A stretch of 64,000 bases of DNA from an uncultured Puniceicoccaceae bacterium. GTDB taxonomy: Bacteria > Verrucomicrobiota > Verrucomicrobiia > Opitutales > Coraliomargaritaceae. The translations under genes and the position numbers were made by a program. The DNA lies in the NCBI GenBank assembly GCA_964473765.1, contig CAYYQG010000001.1, forward strand, positions 28,667-92,666, in the 5' to 3' direction. Of the stretch, positions 1-9,704 are shown piece after piece (the stretch's first letter is position 1; every line of letters begins with the position of its first letter). The notes under the pieces were generated by a model. That model worked only from the letters and a program-made list of their open reading frames with translations, was not told the origin of the DNA and did no database searches.

Positions 1-1391
1 ACGAATTGATTTTCCTCGAAGCCGGGCTGCCGGACACGCTCTACGTCGGGCAATCGGTGGAGGTGCCACTCACCCTATACGTATCCCAGCAAGTGGAGCT
101 GCAGGACCTGGGCAACTTTTCCCGCGAGGGCGACGGCTTTTCCGTCAGCGACCTTCCGGCCGAGGCCGAACGGGGCACAACGGTACGGGACGGACGCCGC
201 TACATCACCTTTCGATGGCCGCTCAAGGTGACCCCGCTGAGCGCCGGTTCACAGGCGATCAGTTTCCGGTTCGACGTCCTGGCGCGCCTGCCCGAACGTC
301 CCACCAGCGCCACGGCTCCGAGCGGCCCCTTGAGCCTGGGCATGCTGGACGAATTCTTTGTGCGGCCGCAGCGCTTCAGTCTCTATACCCGCGATCAGCC
401 GGTTGAGGTGCGTTCGCTTCCCGCGGAGAACCGTCCCGACGGCTTCACCGGGGCGATCGGGGACCTCGGGCTCCGCGTCTTCCTCGACCGCGAGGAAACC
501 AGGGAGGGCGAGCCCGTCATGCTCTCCGTCATCGTCAGCGGAAAAGGCAACTTCGACCGCATCGGCGCGCCCCAATTGGGGGAGACGGACGACTGGCGCA
601 GGTACCCACCGGAGGATCATTTCGAAGCCGGGGACGCGCTCGGTTTGCAGGGGAGCAAGCGCTTTGATTTCGTCCTGCTGCCCAACCGGACGGGAACCCT
701 CGAGGTACCCGGCGTGGAGTTCGCCTTCTTCGACCCGGAGATCGGGGATTACATTGGGCTCTCCAGTCCCGCGCTGGAAGTCGCCGTCACATCCGCTGCG
801 GCCGCCCCGGCAACCGCCGCCGGAGGCACCGAGCCCACCGGTTCGCCGGACGGGAAGGACCCCACGCCCCCCCCTGCCTCCTATGATCCGCTCGACCGTT
901 TTCTCGCCGTCGACTTCGGCTACCGGCCCGCTGCGGCCCCCGCCACCAGCCTCCTCGATTCCCTCTGGTTCCCCGCCGCCAACGGCGTCGCCCTCCTCGC
1001 CTTCGGCGCGGTTGCGCTGACCCTTTGGCACCGCCACCATCTTGCCCGGGGATCCGCCGCCATCCAGCACGAGGCCTCCGCCGAACTCCGCAAGGTCCGC
1101 CGCGAAGCCGACGAACGGGCCGAGGCCGGTGATGTCGCTGGCTTTCACGCAGCCGCCCAAAAGGCTCTGCGCCTGGCTGCCACCCGCAGGATCGGACGCC
1201 CCTTCCACGCCGCCAGCCATGCCGAACTGGCCACCGCCCTCGATTCCGTCAACCTGCCACCCGCCACCCGCAGCGCACTCGCGGCACTCGCCCGCGAAAG
1301 CGACGACCTGCGCTTCTCCGGCGCCAACCCGCGGGCGGCCGACCTCGAACGTTCCCGTCAGCAACTCGACCAGGTCCTCCGCGCCCTCTAA
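1..1391 (+). CDS. BatD-family (aerotolerance-operon type) membrane-anchored protein, 5' end cut by the window edge
   Basis: ORF 6..1391 stays open to the window start. Motifs PDGFTGAIGDLGL and SGKGNFDRIGAP plus a late TM helix (LWFPAANGVALLAFGAVALTLW) match my memory of BatD. A TPR/SH3 BatE-like gene follows 15 nt downstream. Confidence 0.65.
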   Translation, partial: ELIFLEAGLPDTLYVGQSVEVPLTLYVSQQVELQDLGNFSREGDGFSVSDLPAEAERGTTVRDGRRYITFRWPLKVTPLSAGSQAISFRFDVLARLPERPTSATAPSGPLSLGMLDEFFVRPQRFSLYTRDQPVEVRSLPAENRPDGFTGAIGDLGLRVFLDREETREGEPVMLSVIVSGKGNFDRIGAPQLGETDDWRRYPPEDHFEAGDALGLQGSKRFDFVLLPNRTGTLEVPGVEFAFFDPEIGDYIGLSSPALEVAVTSAAAAPATAAGGTEPTGSPDGKDPTPPPASYDPLDRFLAVDFGYRPAAAPATSLLDSLWFPAANGVALLAFGAVALTLWHRHHLARGSAAIQHEASAELRKVRREADERAEAGDVAGFHAAAQKALRLAATRRIGRPFHAASHAELATALDSVNLPPATRSALAALARESDDLRFSGANPRAADLERSRQQLDQVLRAL

Positions 1392-1406
1392 TCCCTGAAC
1401 CGCACG

Positions 1407-2159
1407 ATGCATTTGCCGCGACGCTTACTCTTCCTCGCCTGCGCGGCACTGGCCGTCCTTCCCGCCCGCGCCAGCGCCGCCAGCGCCAACGCCAACGCGG
1501 ATTTCCGCGGGGGTGTCAAAGCCTACGTCAAAGCCGACTACGTCAACGCCGCCGAGCTGTTCGAACGATCCCTGCGGGAAAGTGAAAGCGCCTCCGCCCG
1601 GCACAACCTCGGGCTGACGCTGTTCCGTCAGGGTAAAACCGGAGAAGCGGCCTGGCAACTGGAGCGCGCGCTCATCCTCGAACCTCTCAACGTGCCCTAC
1701 CGGACGAGCCTGGAGGCCTTGCGCGGTCAGCTCGGCCTGTCCAGGAGCGGCCCGAACTGGCTGGCCATCGCCTCCGGCCTGCTTCCTCTCAACACTTGGC
1801 TGATCGCAGCCTCGGTATCGTTCTGGCTGCTGGCCGCACTGATTGTGCTGCCGCGCCTGGCCGAGTCGCGTCCGCGCTTCATCCGGCGCACGGCCGCCTG
1901 GGTTTGTGCGCTCGTCTTGTTGGTTTCCGCCACTGCTGCATTTGAGCGCAACGCGTTTCGCCACACCGGCCTGTTCACCACCACGGAGCCCGCCGAACTG
2001 CGCGCGGCGCCGGCGGCGAGCGCTCCGGTCGAAGGGCTCGCCCGCCCCGCCGAGCGCGCCCGCGTGAAGCGCGAACACGGCGGGTATTTCGAGGTCCGCA
2101 CCGAAAGCGGCACCACCGGCTGGGTCAGCCCGGCGGACTTCCGCCCGCTCTTCGACTGA
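1407..2159 (+). CDS. TPR-repeat membrane protein with C-terminal SH3b-like domain (BatE-like)
   Basis: Has a signal-like N-terminus (LLFLACAALAVLPARASA), a TPR-like segment (YVNAAELFERSL...HNLGLTLFRQGKTGEAAWQLERAL), two TM helices and a C-terminal GYFEVRTESGTTGWVSPADF SH3b-like motif. Sits directly after the BatD-like gene. Confidence 0.6.
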   Translation: MHLPRRLLFLACAALAVLPARASAASANANADFRGGVKAYVKADYVNAAELFERSLRESESASARHNLGLTLFRQGKTGEAAWQLERALILEPLNVPYRTSLEALRGQLGLSRSGPNWLAIASGLLPLNTWLIAASVSFWLLAALIVLPRLAESRPRFIRRTAAWVCALVLLVSATAAFERNAFRHTGLFTTTEPAELRAAPAASAPVEGLARPAERARVKREHGGYFEVRTESGTTGWVSPADFRPLFD

Positions 2160-2180
2160 AGCGGAGAAGCCCCGGCCGCA

Positions 2181-2354
2181 TCACCCGGGCCCGGAGGCGG
2201 CCCGCCCCACAGGGATGGACTCCGGCTTGTGTTCCTCCGCGAAAAGGATGAAGGCGGTCCAGAGGGCGGCGAGAAAGAGGAAGACGGCGGCCACAAGGAT
2301 CCACGGCCCCTTGCTCGGCCTGCTCTCCTTCTCCGGTCCGGCGTTCGTTTTCAT
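2181..2354 (-). CDS. possible small single-TM protein (57 aa)
   Basis: My own translation gives ATG at 2354 (minus), MKTNAGPEKESRPSKGPWILVAAVFLFLAALWTAFILFAEEHKPESIPVGRAASGPG, stop at 2181-2183. It is too short for the ORF track. No homology was recognised. Confidence 0.3.
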   Translation of the reverse strand: MKTNAGPEKESRPSKGPWILVAAVFLFLAALWTAFILFAEEHKPESIPVGRAASGPG

Positions 2355-2473
2355 GGCTGATGCTTAAAAGTCCTTTTGCCGGCTGTCGATGACAAGGGTG
2401 ACGGGCCCGTCGTTGTGCGCCTCGACGTCCATATGTCGCCCGAAGCGACCGGTCACGCGTTGGACGACCGCCC

Positions 2474-3454
2474 TCACCGATCACCCATCACTTCGACGAC
2501 CGCTTCGGCAGCGGCCAAGCCGGAGAGCGCGGCGCCCTCGATACGGGGGCCGCCAAAGGCGTCACCGGCGAGCACAAGATCCAGGCGCTCGTTGACGAAA
2601 CATTTCGCGGGCCAGGGGTTGAGCGGCAGGGTGAAGCCCCAGCGGTGGCAACTATGGGCCACCACATGGGAATGGAGGTAAGGTTTAACGGCTTCCAGAA
2701 GGAGCGGCGCGCGCACCGCGTCTTCCGAGTCCCAGTGCTCTTCGGCGAAGGCAGCGTCGGCATGGACGGTGACCGCCGGCACCTCGGGGGAAATGCCCTT
2801 CATCTGGTTGTCCGCAATCCAAGTGAGGGGCGGCTCCGCGACCTTCAGCCCGCCGGGGACCGGCAGGCCGCTGGGACCGTCGAGCACGGCGAGCAGGGCG
2901 AGGCCCTTTTCGTAGCGGATGGCGCGCAGCCCGGCGGCGGCGTCCCCGGCATAGTCCAGACCGCAAGCATCGAGCAAGTCGAGCGACTGGGGCAAGGGTA
3001 ATGTCATGACCAGAATCCTGCCGGAAAAAACCGCCCCGCTCTCCGACTCCGCGACCCACCGGCCTCCATCCCGGCTGAGCCGTGTGATCCGTTCCGACCG
3101 GCGCACCTCCAGTCCGACCGCCAGGTGCTTGGGCAGATCGGTCATCCCATCGACCCCGACGTAACGCGGATAGCCGGCAGGATTGCTGTCCTCCGGAAGA
3201 TGACGGAACCATTCGCGCAGGACGCCCGCCTCCACCCAGCGGTCGACACGCGCACTAAATCCCGGATCGCGGGCCGTGAGGTACTGTGCGCCGTGGTCGA
3301 TGCGGGCGCCCTCCATGCGACGGGTGGCCATGCGTCCGCCAAAGCCACGCCCCTTTTCGAGAACGAGGACCCGGCGTCCCGCGTCGGCCAGCTCGCGTGC
3401 GCACAGCAGGCCGGAGATGCCCGCTCCAATGATCAAAATATCGGTCTTTTCCAT
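2474..3454 (-). CDS. NAD(P)/FAD-dependent oxidoreductase (renalase/amine-oxidase-like)
   Basis: N-terminal dinucleotide-binding motif [40 protein letters not shown] at 3452-3454. Confidence 0.8.
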   Translation of the reverse strand: MEKTDILIIGAGISGLLCARELADAGRRVLVLEKGRGFGGRMATRRMEGARIDHGAQYLTARDPGFSARVDRWVEAGVLREWFRHLPEDSNPAGYPRYVGVDGMTDLPKHLAVGLEVRRSERITRLSRDGGRWVAESESGAVFSGRILVMTLPLPQSLDLLDACGLDYAGDAAAGLRAIRYEKGLALLAVLDGPSGLPVPGGLKVAEPPLTWIADNQMKGISPEVPAVTVHADAAFAEEHWDSEDAVRAPLLLEAVKPYLHSHVVAHSCHRWGFTLPLNPWPAKCFVNERLDLVLAGDAFGGPRIEGAALSGLAAAEAVVEVMGDR

Positions 3455-3500
3455 GATTTGAATCGATTATTATTTTCCCCGGCCTCTGCGGCCGAACTTC

Positions 3501-4853
3501 TCAGGCATCCTCCACCACTCGTCCGAGACAGTGGCGCAAAGCCATCTCCAGCCCGGGTTGTCGCCAGCCGTGCCCCAGCGTCTGGAGTGCGACCGGCCGT
3601 ACCGCCAGATCCGCCAGCAGTGTCTCGCGCCCCATCTCTCCAAAAAGTGCCCGCACGGCGAAGCCCGGAAGAGGCAAAAGAGCCGGGCGCCCCAGCACCC
3701 GAGCGAGAGAGCGGGTGAACCGCCGGTTGTCCGCCGGCTCCGGTGCGACCGCGTTAAGAGGACCGCCGCAAGCCGGGTCTTCAACTGCACGCAAATACAT
3801 TTCCACCAGATCCTCCAACGACACCCAGCTCATCCGCTGGCGCCCCGAACCGATACGCCCCCCCACTCCGCAGCGGAAAGCCGGGAGCATCTTGGCCAAG
3901 GCCCCTCCGGCCGGACTGAGCACGACACCGGTGCGAAGAAAAACCACGCGTGCCCCGGCTGCCACCAGCGGTCGGGCGGCACCCTCCCAATCCCGGCAAA
4001 CGTCGGCGAGAAAACCCTCCCCGGAGTCATCCTTCTCGCTCACCTCGCCGGTGCGCGAAAACCCGTAGTAGTTGACCCCGGAAGCCGCCACATACGCGAT
4101 CGGACGACCGGCCCGCAGGATTTCCCGCGTCAGCAGTTCCGTGGAGCGCACGCGGCTCCGGCGGATCCGTTCCTTCGCCGCCCGGGTCCACCGCTGGGCC
4201 ACCGGTTCACCGGCGAGGTGGACGACCACGTCAACCCCGTCGAAGGCGACCGGGTCGATCTCCCCGGCGGCCGGATCCCACTGGAAGTCCCCGCTCCCGC
4301 GGCCCAGCGCGCGCACCTCGTGCCCGCGGGTGGTGAGCCGCGCGCAAAGGGCGTGCCCGACGAGACCCGAGGCGCCGGTGACCAGGACCGACTTGGGCTC
4401 CGGCGGACCGACGGTGGCTTCGTGCATGAAATCGGCGAGGGTGACCGCATGCCGGTAGCGGAACATGCGGTCGAGACGCCGACGCACCACCGCCCCACCC
4501 AACGGCGGCGGCTCATACTCGATATGGTCCTCAAGGATGCAGCTGTCGGGCGCGGAAACATGAAAGCGGTGCTCGTGGCGCCAGTGGCGGAACGGACCTT
4601 TCTCCTGCAAGTCGACAAACAACCGTCCCTCCTCGTATTCAGTATGCCGATACACGGCCTGAAAGGAAACCGGCCCGAGCGCGTTGACCCGCACCCGCAC
4701 CCGGTCGCCCTCCCGCACCCCGCCGGAAGCCTCCAGAACCGTCACCTTTTCCCACGGCGGCGTGAGGCGCGCGAACGCGCCCGAACGCTCGTGCCAGGCG
4801 AAGGCCCGGGCGGCCGGGACGGGCAAGTTCACTCTGCGGGAAAAGACTGCCAT
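3501..4853 (-). CDS. SRPBCC (polyketide-cyclase-like) domain fused to a TIGR01777/YfcH-type NAD-dependent epimerase-family domain with DUF1731-like C-terminus
   Basis: Rossmann motif VLVTGASGLVGHAL sits mid-protein, with an SRPBCC-like N-terminal half. I place the start at ATG 4853 (MAVFSRR) because the track start is TTG. Confidence 0.7.
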   Translation of the reverse strand: MAVFSRRVNLPVPAARAFAWHERSGAFARLTPPWEKVTVLEASGGVREGDRVRVRVNALGPVSFQAVYRHTEYEEGRLFVDLQEKGPFRHWRHEHRFHVSAPDSCILEDHIEYEPPPLGGAVVRRRLDRMFRYRHAVTLADFMHEATVGPPEPKSVLVTGASGLVGHALCARLTTRGHEVRALGRGSGDFQWDPAAGEIDPVAFDGVDVVVHLAGEPVAQRWTRAAKERIRRSRVRSTELLTREILRAGRPIAYVAASGVNYYGFSRTGEVSEKDDSGEGFLADVCRDWEGAARPLVAAGARVVFLRTGVVLSPAGGALAKMLPAFRCGVGGRIGSGRQRMSWVSLEDLVEMYLRAVEDPACGGPLNAVAPEPADNRRFTRSLARVLGRPALLPLPGFAVRALFGEMGRETLLADLAVRPVALQTLGHGWRQPGLEMALRHCLGRVVEDA

Positions 4854-4934
4854 GACGGAAGAAGCAGGGTAGAACAGATCTCCCGGCAATGAAAGAAACG
4901 TTCGCGCATTCCGGGTGAAATGGAAGGGACCGCT

Positions 4935-6485
4935 TCAGGACGGGCACACCGCCGGATGGGCGCGAACCTGTGCGGCCTGGCGCCGGATTTCCGACTGTTC
5001 CTTCTCGTCCAGCCGCTCCACGTTGCGCAGTTGCAGGCTCATGCGCGGGTTGTCCTTGAGGGTTTTCCGGTGGCGGATGAGGAAGTCCCAGTAGAGCGTA
5101 GTAAAGGGGCAGGCGTCCTCGCCGAGGCGTTTGGCCGGGTTCTTGGGGCAGCTCGCGCAGTAGTTGCTCATCCGGTCGATGTACTTGCCGGTGGCCACGT
5201 AGGGCTTGGAGGCCATCAGCCCGCCATCGCCAAACTGGGACATCCCGAGGACGTTGGGCAGCTCCACCCACTCCACGGCATCGACGTAGACCGCCAGGTA
5301 CCATTCGTGCACAGCCTTTGGATCGACACCGAGGAGGAGCGCGTACAACCCGGTGACCATGAGGCGCTGGATGTGATGGGCGTAACCGTACTCCAGGGTC
5401 TGCCCAACCGCTTGGCGGAGGCATTCGAGGCCGGTCTCGCCGGTCCAGTAGAAATCCGGCAACGCCTCGGTCGCGTCGAGGGCGTTGCGCTCGAGGTAGT
5501 CCGGCATGTGGAGCCAGTAGATGCCTCGGACGTATTCGCGCCAGCCGAGGATCTGCCGGATGAAACCCTCCACCGCAGGCAGCGGGGCATGGCCGTCGCG
5601 GTAGGCGCGCTCGGCCGCGGCCACCACCTCGCGCGGGTTGAGCAGCTTGAGGTTGAGCGAAGAGGCCAGCAAGGAGTGGAACAGCCAGGGCTCATCCGTC
5701 CACATGGCGTCCTGGTAGCGCCCGAAATCCGGCAGGTGCCCGGCAATGAAGGTGTCCAACGCGCGCCGGGCGTCGTCCCGTGTGACCGGCCAGGCGAACG
5801 ACCGAAGCGAGCCGGGATGCTTGGCAAAGCGCTTCCCGACGAGTTCAAGAACTTTGCGGGTCAGCGCGTCGGGGGCGAATCCGGGGCCGTCGTTCGCGCC
5901 TTCGGGGCCCTTGGCCCCGAAAGACCCGCGGTTTTCCTTGTCGTAGTTCCACTCCCCGCCCGCCGGATGTTTCCCGTCCATGAGGATGCCGTGGGCCCGC
6001 CGCATCTCGCGGTAGAAGTACTCCATGCGCAGCGACTTTCGTCCCTCCGCATGTTTTTTGAAGTCCTCCGGAGAACTGAAAAAATGACGGTCTTTGCGGA
6101 CCTCGGCATCCACCCCCTGATCGGCGCAAGCGGCCTCCAGTGTCCGGAGCACCCGCCACTCGCCCGGCTGTGTGAAGATGACGCGCTCCGGACGAAGCGC
6201 GCGCAGATCGACGCCCAACTTGTCGGCCAGGCCCTGTTTCACCGGTTTTTCGGTCAACTCCGAATATTCGACCCGCAGACCCTCGTCCCGCAGCTCGTCG
6301 CGAAAATGCCGCATAGCCGACAGGAACAAGGCGATCCGCTGCTTGTGCGTCCAAACATGCGTCGATTCCTCATCGACCTCAGCCATCCAGACCGCGTCGA
6401 GCCCGGGATCAAAGTCGTCAAATGCGGCGGACTCCCGGTCGAGCTGGTCGCCGAGAACAAGGATCAAGTTGCGCACACCACCCAT
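4935..6485 (-). CDS. cryptochrome/photolyase-family protein of the FeS-BCP / bacterial (6-4) photolyase type (photolyase-related protein)
   Basis: N-terminus LILVLGDQLD...WMAEVDEESTHVWTHKQRIALFLSAMRHF and a C-terminal Cys cluster (NYCASCPKNP...ACPFTTLYWDF) are typical of the Fe-S-containing CryB/PhrB group. Confidence 0.85.
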   Translation of the reverse strand: MGGVRNLILVLGDQLDRESAAFDDFDPGLDAVWMAEVDEESTHVWTHKQRIALFLSAMRHFRDELRDEGLRVEYSELTEKPVKQGLADKLGVDLRALRPERVIFTQPGEWRVLRTLEAACADQGVDAEVRKDRHFFSSPEDFKKHAEGRKSLRMEYFYREMRRAHGILMDGKHPAGGEWNYDKENRGSFGAKGPEGANDGPGFAPDALTRKVLELVGKRFAKHPGSLRSFAWPVTRDDARRALDTFIAGHLPDFGRYQDAMWTDEPWLFHSLLASSLNLKLLNPREVVAAAERAYRDGHAPLPAVEGFIRQILGWREYVRGIYWLHMPDYLERNALDATEALPDFYWTGETGLECLRQAVGQTLEYGYAHHIQRLMVTGLYALLLGVDPKAVHEWYLAVYVDAVEWVELPNVLGMSQFGDGGLMASKPYVATGKYIDRMSNYCASCPKNPAKRLGEDACPFTTLYWDFLIRHRKTLKDNPRMSLQLRNVERLDEKEQSEIRRQAAQVRAHPAVCPS

Positions 6486-6568
6486 CGTTAAAAATTACTC
6501 CCAGAAACGTATCCCGAATTCGCGCGGGTGGATTACAAAACCCCGACGGGCGGACGGCGCGATCGGAG

Positions 6569-8014
6569 TCATCGGCCCGAGCTTTCCTTAAACGCCGCAA
6601 ACGCGGCCAGCGCCCGCGCGCGCCCGGCCTGATGCTCGATCAGCGGCTTGGGGTAAGACTCGCCGAGGACAACCCCGGCGCTCTTGAGCACGTCCGCCGG
6701 CGCCTCCCAGGGCGCGTGGATATGCTCCGACGGCAGCTCCGCCAGCTCCGGCACGTACTTCCGCACGTAGTCGCCGTCGGGATCGAACTTCCGGCCCTGG
6801 ATGATGGGGTTGAAGACACGGAAATACGGGGCGGCGTCGGCCCCGCACCCGCCACTCCACTGCCATCCCAGGGTGTTGCTCGCCAAATCGGCGTCAACCA
6901 GCGTGTCCCAAAACCACTTTGCGCCTGTCTTCCAGTCCTGCAGCAGGTGCTTCACCAGCAGCGAAGCCACGATCATGCGCACCCGGTTATGCATCCATCC
7001 GTTGCGCCAGAGCTGCCGCATGCCGGCGTCAACGATGGGGTAACCCGTCCGCCCCTTTTGCCAGGCCTTGACCGCATCCTCGTCCTGGTCCCAAGGGAAA
7101 TGCTTGAACTCCGGACGCAGCGGCGAGTCCGCCGTATCAGGGAAATGATACAAGACATGGTAGGCGAACTCGCGCCAGTAGATTTCCTTGAGGAAGACCT
7201 GCGGCCCCTTTTTGCGCAAGTCCCACCGTTCCCGCAGCCGCGACGCCACCTGCCGCGGCCCGATCTGGCCCCAGTGCAGGTAGGGGGAGAGGCCGGATGT
7301 GCCGTCGAAATCCGGGCGGTCCCTCTCGTCACTGTAGTCCCCGACCGCCCCGGCAAGGAAAGCATCCAACCGCTTTTCGGCCGCCTCCTCGCCCGGCTCC
7401 CAGACGTCCTGCATTTCCCGGTGCCACTCTATTTTCGGGAGAAGGCCGAGGTCATCGACGCGCAGGCTGCGCGGCATCGCGGCGGGGAAGCGGACGGCGG
7501 ACAGGTCCGGATCGTCTGGCTCGTCGGGCGCACGGTCTTTGACCGCCTTCCAGAAAGGCGTGTAAACCTTGTACGGGCTTCCGCTCCCGGTGCTGACGGT
7601 GTGCGGCTCGACGAGGAGGGAACTCGCGAAGCTCCTCGCCTCTACCCCGTCTTCATTGAGCGCGCGTTTGACAGCGGCGTCGACTTCACGGCAATCCGCC
7701 TCGTAGCGGCGGTTCCAGAAGACGCGGACAGCTCCGGTTTGGCGCACCATTTCGCGCAGCGCCTCGAGACTGTCACCCTCGCGCAGGACAAGGGCGCCCC
7801 CCAGTTCCGCCCACTGCCGGGAGAAAACCTCCAGGCTGCGATGGAGCCACCAGCGGGCAGCGGCACCCGGAGCCCAGTTGCCCTCTTCCTCCGGCGCCCA
7901 GATGAAAACGGGAACGACGGGACCACCGGCGCGGACGGCGGCGGCCAGCGCACTGTTGTCTTTGAGACGCAGGTCGCGGCGGAACCAGACGAGGGTAGGA
8001 TCGGCGGAAGACAT
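6569..8014 (-). CDS. phrB: deoxyribodipyrimidine (CPD) photolyase, class I
   Basis: LVWFRRDLRLKDNSAL N-terminus plus a FAD-binding C-terminal half (TGYPIVDAGMRQLW..GWMHNRVRMIVASLL, WQWSGG). ATG at 8014 is the second codon of the track ORF, whose first codon is TTG. Confidence 0.9.
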   Translation of the reverse strand: MSSADPTLVWFRRDLRLKDNSALAAAVRAGGPVVPVFIWAPEEEGNWAPGAAARWWLHRSLEVFSRQWAELGGALVLREGDSLEALREMVRQTGAVRVFWNRRYEADCREVDAAVKRALNEDGVEARSFASSLLVEPHTVSTGSGSPYKVYTPFWKAVKDRAPDEPDDPDLSAVRFPAAMPRSLRVDDLGLLPKIEWHREMQDVWEPGEEAAEKRLDAFLAGAVGDYSDERDRPDFDGTSGLSPYLHWGQIGPRQVASRLRERWDLRKKGPQVFLKEIYWREFAYHVLYHFPDTADSPLRPEFKHFPWDQDEDAVKAWQKGRTGYPIVDAGMRQLWRNGWMHNRVRMIVASLLVKHLLQDWKTGAKWFWDTLVDADLASNTLGWQWSGGCGADAAPYFRVFNPIIQGRKFDPDGDYVRKYVPELAELPSEHIHAPWEAPADVLKSAGVVLGESYPKPLIEHQAGRARALAAFAAFKESSGR

Positions 8015-8242
8015 CAAATGGACGCATCCCCGCGCCGCCCTGTAACCTTACAGCCGCTCGATCAAACCGCCAACCGCAAATTCCGCCAAGGGCGGCCATC
8101 TCAAGAGCATTTCATCTGGCATCGAGTGGAAGGCCATCCCTGAAATATCGTCGATTTGGGCTGAATTTGGAGACGAGGTGGGGCCGCATAAATGCGGAAC
8201 TCCGAACATCGCGCCGAGGTGAAATGCCCTTGGCGGCCCCCT

Positions 8243-8740
8243 TTACTCCTGGTCCCGGCGATGCTGGTATTCCTCGCGCAACTGCTCCAGCTCGGTCTCC
8301 TTTTCCTGCAGGCCCTGCGCCTTCTCGAAAATCGTGTTTTCACTCTGCTCGACGAAAGCCTCGCGCTCACGCAGGACCGCCTCGGCCTTCTTGAGGCGGG
8401 CTTCCCGCTCGTCGAACTGCGCCTGGATGCGTCGCAGCGCTTCCTCCGTGGCCTCGTCAACCTTGGCGGCGGCTCCACCGGACCCGGCAGAAGCGATGAC
8501 CCGCTCACGGGCGTCCAGCAGGGCCTCGGTTTCCCGCAGCGTGAGCTCGCGGTCGCGGACATCGTTGTCCCGGTGAAGCAGCTCCTTTTCCCGCTCCGCC
8601 AGCGCATGCTCGTGCTCCGCCAGCGCGCGCTCGCGGCCGGCGAGTTCCTCCTCCTTCTCGAAGACCGCGTTCTCGCGTTCCGCCAGCAGCGCCTCGCGGT
8701 CCCAAAAGCCCTCTTCCCCCGATCCCGGTTCGTCCGCCAT
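8243..8740 (-). CDS. charged coiled-coil protein, function unknown (third gene of the ParA operon)
   Basis: Runs of E/R/K/L heptad-like sequence (REALLAERENAVFEKEEELAGRERALAEHEHALAEREKELL...). ATG at 8740 lies 7 nt after the stop of the upstream gene. No family recognised. Confidence 0.5.
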   Translation of the reverse strand: MADEPGSGEEGFWDREALLAERENAVFEKEEELAGRERALAEHEHALAEREKELLHRDNDVRDRELTLRETEALLDARERVIASAGSGGAAAKVDEATEEALRRIQAQFDEREARLKKAEAVLREREAFVEQSENTIFEKAQGLQEKETELEQLREEYQHRRDQE

Positions 8741-8747
8741 AGTGAGA

Positions 8748-9704
8748 TCAGCGCCGGAAGACGCCGGCAATACGTCCGATAAAGCCGCTCTTTTCGCTCT
8801 CCTCTTCAACCCCGAATAAGGCGCGGCAGAGGGTGATGGTAATGCGTTCCCGCCGCGGATCGTTCAAAGTGATGAAGAAGCGGTCGACGTTCTCACTCGA
8901 CCGCAGGGTGTTCTCCAATTCACGCGCTTCCGCGGCAAACCACTGGCAGACTTTCTCGACCTCGGTCGCCCCCAGCCTGAGCGCCGCTTCAAAGGTCTCC
9001 CGCCCCTGCCCGGCACGACCGGCCTCCTCCTCGGGCGTGAGCTCCCACCCGGTCTGGTGAAGGATCTCGGCCTGGGCCGCAAGCGGGAGACGATCGGCGG
9101 CCTGGCCGAGGGCCTGAACCAAATGGAGGCCTTTCTCGCCGCGGCGGAACGGCAGGTAGTGGCTGATCCCCTTCTCGTCGCGGTGGGCCAGGCAGTTCAG
9201 AAACGATCTCAGATCGCCCCCCACCACGACGTTGCGGGCCAGGCGCTGGCCGAAATCAATCAACTCCTGCAGCGTCCCGATCCTCTCGGCCTCGACCAGC
9301 GCAGCGGTCTGCGCTTCCAGACAGACGAGACCGGCGGGGAAATCGGCGGGGATACCAAGCTTGGCGAGGATGCGGGCAAAGGTGTCGTCAACTTCGGCCT
9401 GGGCTTCGACACCCTCGACCATGTCGGAAAACGGATCGTCGAAGGCCAAGGTCTCGCGCAGGATATCCATCAGCATGCGGACGCGCCGGGGCTTGTTGAC
9501 CAATCCAGGCACGCTGTGCAGCTCTTCAAAATCGTATTCGATGTATTTGGCCGGGGTCTCGTCACTGCCCTTGAAGGGCCAGGAGACATTGGCGTTCTGG
9601 CCGAGTTTGGCCATCTCGGTTTCCACGAGGATGGACGAGAGCAGGCGCTTGCGGAAGTGTTCCCACTCCTCGGCGCTGTATGCTTCAAATTCCGTAGTAT
9701 TCAT
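8748..9704 (-). CDS. hypothetical 318-aa protein ending in an amphipathic helix (second gene of the ParA operon)
   Basis: Its ATG overlaps the parA-like stop (ATGA at 9701-9704). The C-terminus KSGFIGRIAGVFRR is amphipathic. No family recognised. Confidence 0.6.
   Translation of the reverse strand: MNTTEFEAYSAEEWEHFRKRLLSSILVETEMAKLGQNANVSWPFKGSDETPAKYIEYDFEELHSVPGLVNKPRRVRMLMDILRETLAFDDPFSDMVEGVEAQAEVDDTFARILAKLGIPADFPAGLVCLEAQTAALVEAERIGTLQELIDFGQRLARNVVVGGDLRSFLNCLAHRDEKGISHYLPFRRGEKGLHLVQALGQAADRLPLAAQAEILHQTGWELTPEEEAGRAGQGRETFEAALRLGATEVEKVCQWFAAEARELENTLRSSENVDRFFITLNDPRRERITITLCRALFGVEEESEKSGFIGRIAGVFRR

Noticed and set aside
8748-9704. Helix-hairpin-helix/DNA-binding assignment for the 318-aa ParA-operon protein (segment LVEAERIGTLQELIDFG)
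   Set aside because: The resemblance to HhH or RpoA-CTD-like motifs rests on a handful of residues. It cannot be supported without a profile search.
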